A stretch of 64,000 bases of DNA from Planotetraspora sp. GP83 (GTDB taxonomy: Bacteria; Actinomycetota; Actinomycetes; Streptosporangiales; Streptosporangiaceae). Within the stretch, counting starts at the first letter, position 1, and each line of letters opens with the position of its first letter. Both the position numbers and the translations under genes were made by a program. The stretch spans positions 1-64,000 of the forward strand of contig NZ_JBGCBZ010000002.1 of NCBI RefSeq assembly GCF_041262585.1, read 5' to 3'. Below, piece by piece: positions 17,193 through 26,714 of this stretch. The notes beneath the pieces were generated by a model. That model was not told where the DNA came from, did no database searches, and saw nothing but the letters and a program-made list of their open reading frames with translations.

Positions 17193-17977
17193 GCAGAACC
17201 TCCCCACGAGCGGTCCTCACCGCCGAATGGACCAAGATCCGGACTGTGCGGTCGACGGTGTGGACGCTGCTGCCGACGTTGGTCCTCAGCGTGGGCCTCG
17301 GCTTCCTGGTCGGGCTCAGCTTCCGTAACGGCTTCTCCCACATGTCCCGCGAGCAGCAGGAGACCTTCGACCCGCTCTTCGCCACCTTCTACAGCCTCAC
17401 CCTCGGCCAGCTTGCCCTGGTGGTGTTCGGGGTGCTCGTCATGAGCAGCGAATACAGCTCCGGGTCGATCCGCGCCTCGCTCGCGGCGGTGCCGCGGCGC
17501 GGCCTGTTCTACGGCTGCAAGCTGCTCGCGGCGACATTGCCGGTTCTCGGCGTCTCGCTGGTCACCGTGCTGGCCACCTTCTACACGGCACAGGCGGCGC
17601 TTGGCCCACACCGCACCCCGCCTGGCTCGGACGGTGCACCCCAAGCCATTGTGGGGGCCTGCCTCTACCTGACACTCATCTCCCTGTTCGCCACGGGTGT
17701 GGCGGCAATGTCGCGCAGCTCGGTGCGCTCGCTCGCGATCCTGCTCCCGCTGCTCTTCCTTGGCTCACAAGGGCTCGGCAACGTCCCGAAGGTGAAGACC
17801 GTCGCGCAGTACCTGCCGGACCAGGCCGGCATGGTGATCATGCATCTTGCCGGCCCGCCGGGTGACCCGCGCTTCGCCCGCCCCTACGGCCCGTGGACCG
17901 GACTGGGTATCGTCGCGCTCTGGACCGCCGCCTCGCTTATCGGCGGCTACCTGGTCCTGCGCCGCCGCGACGCTTGA
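17189..17977 (+). CDS. ABC-2 family transporter permease (6 TM helices)
   Basis: GTG start overlaps the ATPase stop in a GTGA coupling motif. Hydrophobic ABC-2 type-like protein. Confidence 0.8.
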   Translation: MSRTSPRAVLTAEWTKIRTVRSTVWTLLPTLVLSVGLGFLVGLSFRNGFSHMSREQQETFDPLFATFYSLTLGQLALVVFGVLVMSSEYSSGSIRASLAAVPRRGLFYGCKLLAATLPVLGVSLVTVLATFYTAQAALGPHRTPPGSDGAPQAIVGACLYLTLISLFATGVAAMSRSSVRSLAILLPLLFLGSQGLGNVPKVKTVAQYLPDQAGMVIMHLAGPPGDPRFARPYGPWTGLGIVALWTAASLIGGYLVLRRRDA

Positions 17978-18095
17978 ACGGTCGCGACAGGTGCCGCCGC
18001 GACGGAGGGGGCAGCGCCCCTCGGCCGGGTGCCGGTCAGCCCCCGGCGAGGTGGAGGCCACACCTGTCGGGCCTCCACCTGCTTCTCCGGGCTGA

Positions 18096-18716
18096 TCACT
18101 CGAGCGTGCCTGGACCGTTCTCCTCGATATGGCCGTCGGCCAGGCGGCCGACGCGGGAGAACGGCGCGCGCCACATCGGATACATGACCGGACCGTCGGG
18201 CAGCCGGACCAACTCCGGCATGTCTACGTAGCCGTGCCGGAGATAGAGCCGGCGGCTCGCCTCACTGCTGGCCTCCAGGTAGGCCGGCATCCCCTGGGCG
18301 TCGAGCCGCCGGTGGTGCTCCTCCAGCAGCAGACTGCCGAGGCCACGCCCGGTCTTCCCCCGTACCAGAGCGATGAATGCCAGGTAGTGGTGCGGCTCGG
18401 TCGGGTGGAGCTTGTCCATCTGCCGGCCGAGGGTGTCGTACCTATCGGCGTATTTCCCGGCGAAGGAGGCGATCGCCTCCTCCTCGCCCGGGATCTCCGG
18501 GAACGGCGCGGTGAACCAGACCGCGACCCCGGCGAGCTCGCCTGACTCGTGGATCCCGTAGACGTCGCCGTGGTCGAGCGCGTGCGCGACGTACATGGTG
18601 AAGAACCGCAGCTGGATCGGCGGCCGATCCTGCGCCGGAGGGATGAGCCAAGTGCTGATCGCGTCGGAGCCGAACGTGTCGGCGATGACCGCGCCGGCCA
18701 CGGCGGCGTCCGTCAT
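18096..18716 (-). CDS. GNAT-family N-acetyltransferase
   Basis: Start at ATG (rc cat 18714-18716): MTDAAVAGAV... Acetyl-CoA-binding motif RGKTGRGLGSLLL. Confidence 0.75.
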   Translation of the reverse strand: MTDAAVAGAVIADTFGSDAISTWLIPPAQDRPPIQLRFFTMYVAHALDHGDVYGIHESGELAGVAVWFTAPFPEIPGEEEAIASFAGKYADRYDTLGRQMDKLHPTEPHHYLAFIALVRGKTGRGLGSLLLEEHHRRLDAQGMPAYLEASSEASRRLYLRHGYVDMPELVRLPDGPVMYPMWRAPFSRVGRLADGHIEENGPGTLE

Positions 18717-18733
18717 CCGGGTGATCTCAGCCG

Positions 18734-20206
18734 TCACTTTGAGCCTCCCGTGACGGCCTGCGCGCCGAAGCCGATGTTGGCGTACACCTCCGGCCTGGTC
18801 GCCTTCAGCACACGAGCCCACACGACGCCGAAGACGATCGCGACGACGAAGATGCCGGGCAGGATCCAGCGAAGGACCGAGTCGGGCGCGACCCCCAGGA
18901 CCGTGTCGAAGTTGATCAGCGTCAGTCCGATGATCACACATAGCGCCAGGGCCGCCAGGGCCGGGGCGACGCGTGTCCGCCACGCCGTCTCCCCCGAGGG
19001 GTTCTTGGAGAAGAACACGATCACCGCGATCGAGGTGACGGCGAGCAGGGCCAGCAGCCCGAGGCCACCGAACGCGCCGAAAGTGAAGAACAGTTTCGTG
19101 ACCGGATCGAGGCCGGTGATCGCGTAGACGGCGATCACAATCAGCCCGAGCGCCGTCTGCAGCAACGATCCGGCCACCGGAGCGGCGGTGCGGGCCGAGG
19201 TGCGCCCGAACACCGGGGGAAGCACGTTTTCACGGCCCAGGGCGAAGATGTAGCGGGCCGTGGTGTTGTGGAAGGCGATCATGCAGGCGATGCTGCTGGT
19301 CACGAACAGCACGGAGCCGATCGCCGCGACGGTGGAGCCCAGATGGGCGGCCGCCTGGTTGAAGACGAGCACGGGCCCCTGTTCGGACGCCGCCTTGACG
19401 ATTCCGTCCGGCCCGGTCGGCACCGTCTGGGCCCAGGCGGAGATCGCGTACAGGACCGCGATGATCGCGATGCCCAGGTAGGTGGCGACGGGGACGGTCC
19501 TGTCGCGGTCCCTGGACTCCTCGGCGAAGACCACCGACGACTCGAATCCGGCGAACCCCGCGACGACAGTGGCGAGCGCGGCGCCCACACCGGGCACGAA
19601 CAGCGAGCCCGGGGTGAAGCCCTCGAAGTTGACGCCGCTCGGGGCGGCGTGGAACAGGTCACCGATGTCGAACACCAGGACGACGGTGATCTCGCTGACC
19701 AGCAGGACAGAGAGGACCTTGCCGTTGACGTCCACCCGCAGCAGGCCGAGCAGGCCGGTCAGCGCCCACGCCGCCAGCGCGATCACCCACCACGCGGGCG
19801 AGGCGTCGAACCAGTCGCGGAGCAGCGGCTCGGCCGCCGACCCGATGATTCCGTAGAGGCCAAGCTGCAGCGCGTTGTAGGCCAGCAGTGCCACCCACGC
19901 GGTCACCACCCCCTGCGTCCGGCCGAGCCCTTGGGCGGCATAGGCGTAGAACGCGCCCGCGTTCACGACGTGCCTGGCCATCGTCACGTATCCGACAGCG
20001 AAAAGCGCGAAGATCGCGCCCAGCATCAGGAACGCGAACGGCACACCGATGACGCCCGTCACCGCGTACGCCGTCGGGACCGAACCCGCGACGACCATCA
20101 GCGGCGCCGCCGCGGAGATGACGAAGAACACGACCGATGGGATGCCGAGCCGATCGTTGGCCAGCGCGCCGGACACGGCGCTGGGTCGTTGCTCTGTGAG
20201 GGACAT
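18734..20206 (-). CDS. APC-superfamily amino acid permease
   Basis: 490 aa with 12-13 predicted TM segments and APC-like composition. Confidence 0.8.
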   Translation of the reverse strand: MSLTEQRPSAVSGALANDRLGIPSVVFFVISAAAPLMVVAGSVPTAYAVTGVIGVPFAFLMLGAIFALFAVGYVTMARHVVNAGAFYAYAAQGLGRTQGVVTAWVALLAYNALQLGLYGIIGSAAEPLLRDWFDASPAWWVIALAAWALTGLLGLLRVDVNGKVLSVLLVSEITVVLVFDIGDLFHAAPSGVNFEGFTPGSLFVPGVGAALATVVAGFAGFESSVVFAEESRDRDRTVPVATYLGIAIIAVLYAISAWAQTVPTGPDGIVKAASEQGPVLVFNQAAAHLGSTVAAIGSVLFVTSSIACMIAFHNTTARYIFALGRENVLPPVFGRTSARTAAPVAGSLLQTALGLIVIAVYAITGLDPVTKLFFTFGAFGGLGLLALLAVTSIAVIVFFSKNPSGETAWRTRVAPALAALALCVIIGLTLINFDTVLGVAPDSVLRWILPGIFVVAIVFGVVWARVLKATRPEVYANIGFGAQAVTGGSK

Positions 20207-20805
20207 CCGGAAACTCCGTTAGATGGGGGGTGGGGGTCGCCAACGGTTGATCACACGGCTTCGCCGACGGCGACCTCGGTCTGAACGATGAGTCTCTGCA
20301 GCGGTACGGGGAAGCATGGCGATCGTGGCGGCCGCGAACGCGGGATCGCGCTCCCGCAGAGCCCGCTGGGCACCGCCGGTGGCGACGACAAGCCCGACGA
20401 GAGCCCAACGACGAGCCCGTGGAGGACGCGGTCACCGGCCCCGGGCGGCCTGCCCCGCTGGACGGCGAGGGTTAGGCGGGCGAGCGGCCACGCGGCCGTG
20501 TTGGCATTCACGGGGGCCGCGGGCTTGAAAGATCACCTTTAGGCACGAACCGCGATGATATAGGCGAATTGTTCAATCTGTCATCGATGAAAAAGTTTCG
20601 GATCGTCCGAGAAACAGTCCGCCCTCAATCCCCCAATGGCCGGATATATGCTGAGATGTTATCCTTCCGACCTAATGCGGACAGCGACCAGCGCGGAAAT
20701 CACGGCTCATGGTCACTCGGCCGGCGTATATCCGGCTGCGCGAGTCTCCATGCGTGACCCGCTTCCCACCGGCGCCGATAGCGCGCGGTCGGGGGCGGAA
20801 GACGA

Positions 20806-21231
20806 TTACTTCGGCAGCACGCCGATTTGCTGCAGTACGGCGAGCACGTCGTAATAGTCCGTCTGCCGCCTGATCAGGCCGTCTTCGGTGAACTCCATGA
20901 GGCTCAGCCCGCGGTTGTCGATGCGGCTGCCTCTGGCGGCGCTTTCCGGCAGGTGCGGGAAGTTGCCCAGCAGGGTTCCCGTCCCGTTCCAGGGCACGGC
21001 TGCCCGGCGGTCCGCGATGACGGCCTCGCCCATCTCGACATGGGTGTCCGGACACGCCTCGACCCATATCCGCATGAAGTCCGCCAGCTCCTTGCGTCCC
21101 TTGAAGGTCCGCCGAAGGGCGATGTCCTCGAAGACGGCGTCCTCGGTGTAGCACTCCGCCCAGCGCTCGGCGTCGTAGCTGTTGAAGGTGGCGAACCACT
21201 TCTCGATCGTGTCGGCCGGATCGTTCGTCAT
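20806..21231 (-). CDS. SnoaL-like / NTF2-fold protein (polyketide-cyclase-like or ketosteroid-isomerase-like)
   Basis: 141 aa. MTNDPADTIEKWFATFNSYDAERWAECYTEDAVFEDI... is a typical SnoaL_2 N-terminus. Confidence 0.65.
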   Translation of the reverse strand: MTNDPADTIEKWFATFNSYDAERWAECYTEDAVFEDIALRRTFKGRKELADFMRIWVEACPDTHVEMGEAVIADRRAAVPWNGTGTLLGNFPHLPESAARGSRIDNRGLSLMEFTEDGLIRRQTDYYDVLAVLQQIGVLPK

Positions 21232-21640
21232 CGCCTTGCCTTCTTTCCGGTGAGGGGCTTTCGCTGAGCCGAGCCGTACAGGGCTGGGGGAAACGGGCGA
21301 TCAGGGGCCTACCATTCGCGATCGATCAGGAGAGCCGAGAGCTCCTCGAGATCCTCACGCGCGCCCCCGGCGACGGAAGAAGCTGCCAACGACCTGGTTG
21401 GCCTCGAGAAACATCTCCTCGATGGCGTCTCCCCGTGATCCGACATCAGCTCCGAACAGCGATCGGATGTCGCCTGGTGGGCGGCTCTCGGCCGCACGCC
21501 GAAAGAATTGGCCGGCGGGTGCCGGTGGACTTCGCGGATGAGCCGCGGCACAACGCGATCCGCGTCATTCACGCGGAGATTTTCTACAAATGGCTTGGCA
21601 CGGCTGCGGGGAGGGCAGTGGTCTCACGGCCGGCGGCTCG

Positions 21641-24600
21641 TCAATGAGCCGATCCGTCAGGCAGGGCCGCACGTTCGATCGCCTTCTCGACGCCCCCTAC
21701 GCGGTCGGCGAGGAGACCGATGGCGCCGACGGCCCGGGAGACGGGGTCGTCTCCGTCCCCGCCCAGGGCCTTGGAGCGGAGGTAGCCGGATTTCACCTCC
21801 GCCCAGCGCCTGGCCTGGTCGGCGGTCATCGTGCCGCGCAACTCCGCCAGCTTGAGCAGGTTGGCCTCGGCCCCTGAGGCGAGAGTCTGGGCCTCCCCCA
21901 GGTAGTGGTCGTCGATCACCGCGTGGAGTTCGCCGTCGTTCATGACCGGAGCTATCCGCTCGGCCAGCTTGTTCATGTTCCGGTACGACCCCTGCAGCTG
22001 GAAGGGGGGCTCCGTGCGAGAGGCATCGGACTGGGCGGCCGACGCGATGTACGCCTCGTTGATCGCCAGCACGACTTCCTGGACCCGCAGAAGCTTGTCC
22101 AGCACCGCGAGGATCTGGTCGAGCTCGACTCTGGAATAGGGGTGGCTCAGCTGGTCGGCGCGCACCCCCGAATCACCTCGTGCCAGCCGTACCAGCAGTT
22201 CGACGTCGGCGCGGTCCCGCGTGGAGAGCGGCGCGAGAACGGGATTGGAAGTCAGCGCGTTCTCTATGTAACTCAGCGCGAACAGTTCCTCCTTGCCGGA
22301 CAGCACGTCGCCGAGGTTCCACACGTCGGCACGGTTGGCCAGCATGTCCGGGATGCGGAACCGCCCGCCCGACTCGGTGTACGGGTTGCCCGCCATGCAG
22401 ACGGCGAAGCGCTTGCCGCGCAGATCGTAGGTCCGGGTCCGGCCGTTCCAGACGCCCTCCATCCGGCGCTGCGCGTCGCACATCGAGATGAACTTCTGCA
22501 GCAGCTCGGGAGAGGTGTGCTGGATGTCGTCCAGATAGAGCAGCACGTTGTTCCCGCATTCCAGCGCGAACGAGACCTTCTCGATCTCCTGTCGCGCGGT
22601 GGCGTCCGGCGCCTGCGCCGGATCGAGCGAGGTGATCGCGTGGCCGAGTGACGGGCCGTTGACCTTGACGAACACCAGACCCAGCCGGCTCGCGACGTAC
22701 TCCATGAGCGTCGTCTTGCCGTACCCCGGCGGGGAGATGAGCAGCAGGAGCCCCATCTGATCGGTGCGCTTGGCCTCCCCCGCCGCGCCGAGCTGCTTGG
22801 CCAGGTTGTCACCGATCAGCGGCAGGTACACCTCGTCCAGCAGCCGGTTGCGCACGAACGCGCTCATCACCTTGGGCTGGTATTCGCCGAGCCGCAGCCG
22901 CGCCCGCTCGCGCTCGATGAGTTCGTTACGCCGCCGCTGGTAGGCCCGGTAGGCGGGCACCCGCTCGGTCCGGAACCGCCGGGTGCGGGTGAGCGTCTCG
23001 TCGAGGCGCAGCCCGAGGCTCCGCCCGGACAGCCGGGGATGCGCGCCCAGCAGACGCTCGACGGTGGTCGTCAGCGCCGCCGACGAGTCGTACCGCGGGA
23101 CATCACACAGCTGTACGGCGATCGCCTCCGCGAGGTCTCCGGCCTGTACAGCTCCCGCTTCCGCGTTCTGTTCGCCGGATTCGCGCAGGAAGGACGTGCG
23201 CAGGAAAGCCGCCAGCCAGGCCTCCGCCAGCTGATACCGGACTCCCAGGGCTCCCGGGACTCCCGGGACTCCCGCGGCGTCCGGATCATCGTCCAGGGCG
23301 CGCAGATCGTCCTCGAACTCCTTGAGGGAACCGCCGAGTGCCGCTCGAAACCTCCCCAGGATGCCTCGGGCGGCGGCGCTGGTGACGAAGCCGGAGGGCG
23401 AGCTCGACAGCTCCTCGAAGAGGTACTCCCCCGCGAGGCCGGTCTCACCGCCCGGCAGTCCGGCATCCCGCAGGAAACCGGCCATGGCCGACGCCAGTTC
23501 GGCTCGGATCTCGCCGATCGCGTCCATCCGAGGCTGCGAGAGCCGGGCCACCTCCGCCCCATGCCCGAACGCGCCCCGGGCCCGGGCCAGTGATCGGGCC
23601 CGCGTGGTCCAGGCCCTGCGGGCGGCCTCCGCCGTACCGAACGTCCAGAAGAGCTGTGCCGCGGCCCGCGCTTCGGGCGGGAAGCGCAGCAGACCGGCTC
23701 CCGTGTGGAGGCGGAGCAGGGCATCGAGGATCGCGGCGGCGTCCTGGTCATGGACGCCGCGCTCGTAACCCTCGTCGTAACGCGTCTCCGCGACGCGGCG
23801 CACCACCCCGAGCAGACCGCCGTCGGCGAGCGCGGCCGCGTGCAGAGCGTCGAGAGACAGTCCCGCGCCGCTGACGGCATCGGCCCCCGCGAGGCCGCCG
23901 GCCTCCGCTTCGGCGAGGATCGAAGCGGCGAGATGTTCCGCCCGATACACGTCGGCGGACTCGGAGACGAGCAACTGGTCCCAGAACGGCCGGGTCGCCT
24001 CGAACGACTCCTCGTCGACAGGCGACCGGTAGTCGGTCCCGGTGATGGCGAACGCCATTCGCCCGTCCAGGGGAACGAGCGTGAGGTCGAGCGGCTGGGT
24101 GTTGACGGCGAACCGGTGACGGCCGAGGCGGATGGTCGTCCCGGCGTCGGAGTAGAGGTCGACGCGGTCGCGCAGGGCACGGCCCGCGTCCAGGCGGGCC
24201 GACTTGATCCGGCCCTCCAGCTCTTCGGCCCGGACCTGGTCACCCAGCGAGCGCAGCTCATCGGCGACCGTTCGCAGCTTGGCCACCATGGGATCGGAGG
24301 CGAAGTAGGTGTTCACCTCCTCGATCGACTCGAGGCTCACAACACGCCGTCGCACGCTGCTCAGGATCCGGTCGGCGGAGACCGCCAGCCTGTCGGCCCG
24401 GCGCGCGCGCTCGTCCAGCAGCGCCTGCTTGCGTGAGGAGAACGCCTCGTAGACGTCCTCCCGCTTCTGCTCCAGCCGGGCCACGAGGTCGTCGAACTCC
24501 CCGAAGCGAGACCCCAGGTTCTCCAGTTGGAGCAGCAGTCGGCCCAACTGCTCGTCGCAGTGCTCGGGGGTGTCCGCCACCGCGAGCGCGCCGGTTATGG

Positions 24601-26707
24601 TCTGGCCGAGCACGGCGAACTCGGCGGCGAAGCCGGCCCTTCCTTCGGCCGCGAGCAGCTCCCCGCGTTTCGCCGCGAGAGTGGCCCGGGCCCGGTTGAT
24701 CCCGCCGAGCACCTCCCCGATCCGTTCCAGAATCGCGGTGCGCACGGTGACGTCGGTGATCTCCAGGGTGCCGACGACCTCGGTCAGGATCGCCAGCCCC
24801 TCGCCCTGCTCCACCAGCCGCTCCGAGATCGGCGCGGACTCCGCGACGGTCCTGATGGCCTGGGCGTCCGAGGTGAGCCGTTCCACGTCGGCGTGGTAGC
24901 CGGTGAACGCGTCGTCACGCTGGAGGAACGCGACAGCGCGCTGCGCGGCCGCGGCGAGCTCGGTCTCGAGGTGGCCGGCCAGCGCGTCGACCCGCTCGGT
25001 GTCGATGTAGCGCAGCTCCCGCAACGTCGCGAGGCGTCCCTGCGCACGCCGCAGCTCAGCGAGCTGCCGCACCCACGCGTCAGACGTCATGGGCGACTCG
25101 CCGCGCGCCTGCCGTACCAGCGACTCGATCCGCGCGGCGGCCTCGTCCAGCTCGGACGCCGCCTGGCGGGTGAGCGACTGGACCTTCTCGAACTCGTCCA
25201 GCACCTGCTCGGCGGTCGCCCTGACGTCGGCGAGCGGCGAGCGGAGATCGTGGTCGTTCAGCCAGTGGTAGTGGTCGAAAGCCCGGACGCATGCCGCGAT
25301 CAGCGCCTCGAAGACCGGCACCGACGGCGCCATCTCCTCGACCATGCGGACGACGGACAGGCAGTCCGAGACCCCGCGCACCAGCTCGGCGTTGCCGATG
25401 CGCTCCAGCGGCCCGGCGCCCACCGGCTGGGCCGCGGCGAAGGTGTCCGAGACGTACGGCGTCTGCCATACCTGCATGGGATGGACGCGGGTCGGCTCGT
25501 CACCGGTCGCCCGGAACACCACGAGGGTTCCGTCGTCGAACAGCGAGTAGCCGTGGCACGGGATCGGGTTGGCGACCTCCTTGCGGATCACGTTGTACGG
25601 CAGCAGCAGCGTCCGGCCCTCCGCCCTCGCGTGGAAGACGTAGAGCACGTCCTCCCCGTTGGGTGAGCGGATGACGCGCTCGAACTCCAGGCTGGCGACG
25701 TCCGTGTCGAAGGTCTTCGCCGTACCGGTGGCGAGGTAGTAGCCACCGGGGAAGATGATGCCCTGGTCTTCGGGTAGCCGCTGGCAGGCCTGTCCGATGC
25801 CGTCCAGCCGGACCACGCCTCTGGTCCTGGTGTTGAACACCAGGTGCCGCCACTCGGCCTCGTTGTAGGGCCGGATGCGGAGCAGGATCAGCGGACCGAC
25901 CCTGGCATAGTGGACGTCCGCGTCCGCCAGGCTCTGCAGCGGCTCGACGACGGGCTCACGGTAGATCCCCTCACCGGTCTCGGTGTTGTTCTCGACCTTG
26001 ACGGTGAGGTCGCCGCCCACGGTCTCGACGAACACCTCGTCGCCGATCGAGATGTGCGGGTGACGGCCGAGGACGTGGTCGTCCCTGGTGGTCGCCGTCC
26101 ACTCGAAGTCGTGCGACGGCGGGAAGACGTGGTCACGCTCGCCCCGGTTGTCCAGGTAGCTGACGGAGCCATCGGTTCCGACGCTCCATCGCAGCACTCG
26201 GATGTCCTGCGGGCCGGTCTGGAAGACGGCCAGCAGCCGGCCTTCCAGCCGGCGCAGCTGCGTCAGCCGGGTTTCCTTGTAGTACCGGTACAGTTCGCCG
26301 AAGTCCCGCTCGAACTGCTGGTCGTCGAGCAGCAGGGGGGCGTCGTCGAACCGGAAGGCGTCGCCGTCGCGGATGAAACGGTGACACGAGAACACGTCCC
26401 GGACGGTCGTCTCGGACTTCAGCCCGATGAACACGTTGTAGCCGAACAGCATGACCCCGCCCACCGACACGATGTCGCGGGGCACGCAGTTGTTCTCGGT
26501 GCGGATGCGCTCGGTGCCGACCAGCCGGAGCTCGGCGCCGCCGAAGACCTCCAGGCGCCGGGCGTTGAGCGCCTCGGCCCGGCGGGCGAGCTCCTTGGCC
26601 TGCTCGGACAGCCGGGACCGGAGCACCTCATAGGTGCCCGCGTCGAGCCCCGCCCGCGTCTCGATGAGCTGTGTCTCGGTGAGCTGTGTCTCGATGGCCT
26701 CTGTCAC
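21641..26707 (-). CDS. giant (1688 aa) protein with a C-terminal MoxR/AAA_5-type ATPase domain and a long uncharacterised, coiled-coil-rich N-terminal region
   Basis: GTG start 7 nt after the flotillin stop. Walker A LLLISPPGYGKTTL, Walker B NNVLLYLDDIQH, then a MoxR-like sensor region RTRTYDLRGKRFAVCMAGNP. I did not recognise any domain in the first ~1150 residues. Confidence 0.85.
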   Translation of the reverse strand: MTEAIETQLTETQLIETRAGLDAGTYEVLRSRLSEQAKELARRAEALNARRLEVFGGAELRLVGTERIRTENNCVPRDIVSVGGVMLFGYNVFIGLKSETTVRDVFSCHRFIRDGDAFRFDDAPLLLDDQQFERDFGELYRYYKETRLTQLRRLEGRLLAVFQTGPQDIRVLRWSVGTDGSVSYLDNRGERDHVFPPSHDFEWTATTRDDHVLGRHPHISIGDEVFVETVGGDLTVKVENNTETGEGIYREPVVEPLQSLADADVHYARVGPLILLRIRPYNEAEWRHLVFNTRTRGVVRLDGIGQACQRLPEDQGIIFPGGYYLATGTAKTFDTDVASLEFERVIRSPNGEDVLYVFHARAEGRTLLLPYNVIRKEVANPIPCHGYSLFDDGTLVVFRATGDEPTRVHPMQVWQTPYVSDTFAAAQPVGAGPLERIGNAELVRGVSDCLSVVRMVEEMAPSVPVFEALIAACVRAFDHYHWLNDHDLRSPLADVRATAEQVLDEFEKVQSLTRQAASELDEAAARIESLVRQARGESPMTSDAWVRQLAELRRAQGRLATLRELRYIDTERVDALAGHLETELAAAAQRAVAFLQRDDAFTGYHADVERLTSDAQAIRTVAESAPISERLVEQGEGLAILTEVVGTLEITDVTVRTAILERIGEVLGGINRARATLAAKRGELLAAEGRAGFAAEFAVLGQTITGALAVADTPEHCDEQLGRLLLQLENLGSRFGEFDDLVARLEQKREDVYEAFSSRKQALLDERARRADRLAVSADRILSSVRRRVVSLESIEEVNTYFASDPMVAKLRTVADELRSLGDQVRAEELEGRIKSARLDAGRALRDRVDLYSDAGTTIRLGRHRFAVNTQPLDLTLVPLDGRMAFAITGTDYRSPVDEESFEATRPFWDQLLVSESADVYRAEHLAASILAEAEAGGLAGADAVSGAGLSLDALHAAALADGGLLGVVRRVAETRYDEGYERGVHDQDAAAILDALLRLHTGAGLLRFPPEARAAAQLFWTFGTAEAARRAWTTRARSLARARGAFGHGAEVARLSQPRMDAIGEIRAELASAMAGFLRDAGLPGGETGLAGEYLFEELSSSPSGFVTSAAARGILGRFRAALGGSLKEFEDDLRALDDDPDAAGVPGVPGALGVRYQLAEAWLAAFLRTSFLRESGEQNAEAGAVQAGDLAEAIAVQLCDVPRYDSSAALTTTVERLLGAHPRLSGRSLGLRLDETLTRTRRFRTERVPAYRAYQRRRNELIERERARLRLGEYQPKVMSAFVRNRLLDEVYLPLIGDNLAKQLGAAGEAKRTDQMGLLLLISPPGYGKTTLMEYVASRLGLVFVKVNGPSLGHAITSLDPAQAPDATARQEIEKVSFALECGNNVLLYLDDIQHTSPELLQKFISMCDAQRRMEGVWNGRTRTYDLRGKRFAVCMAGNPYTESGGRFRIPDMLANRADVWNLGDVLSGKEELFALSYIENALTSNPVLAPLSTRDRADVELLVRLARGDSGVRADQLSHPYSRVELDQILAVLDKLLRVQEVVLAINEAYIASAAQSDASRTEPPFQLQGSYRNMNKLAERIAPVMNDGELHAVIDDHYLGEAQTLASGAEANLLKLAELRGTMTADQARRWAEVKSGYLRSKALGGDGDDPVSRAVGAIGLLADRVGGVEKAIERAALPDGSAH

Positions 26708-26714
26708 GGGCGCG

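Noticed and set aside
21309-21647. Small ORFs (87 aa minus strand, 70 aa plus strand) downstream of the giant ATPase gene
   Set aside because: No motifs and overlapping alternative frames. Possibly a decayed gene fragment but unsupported.
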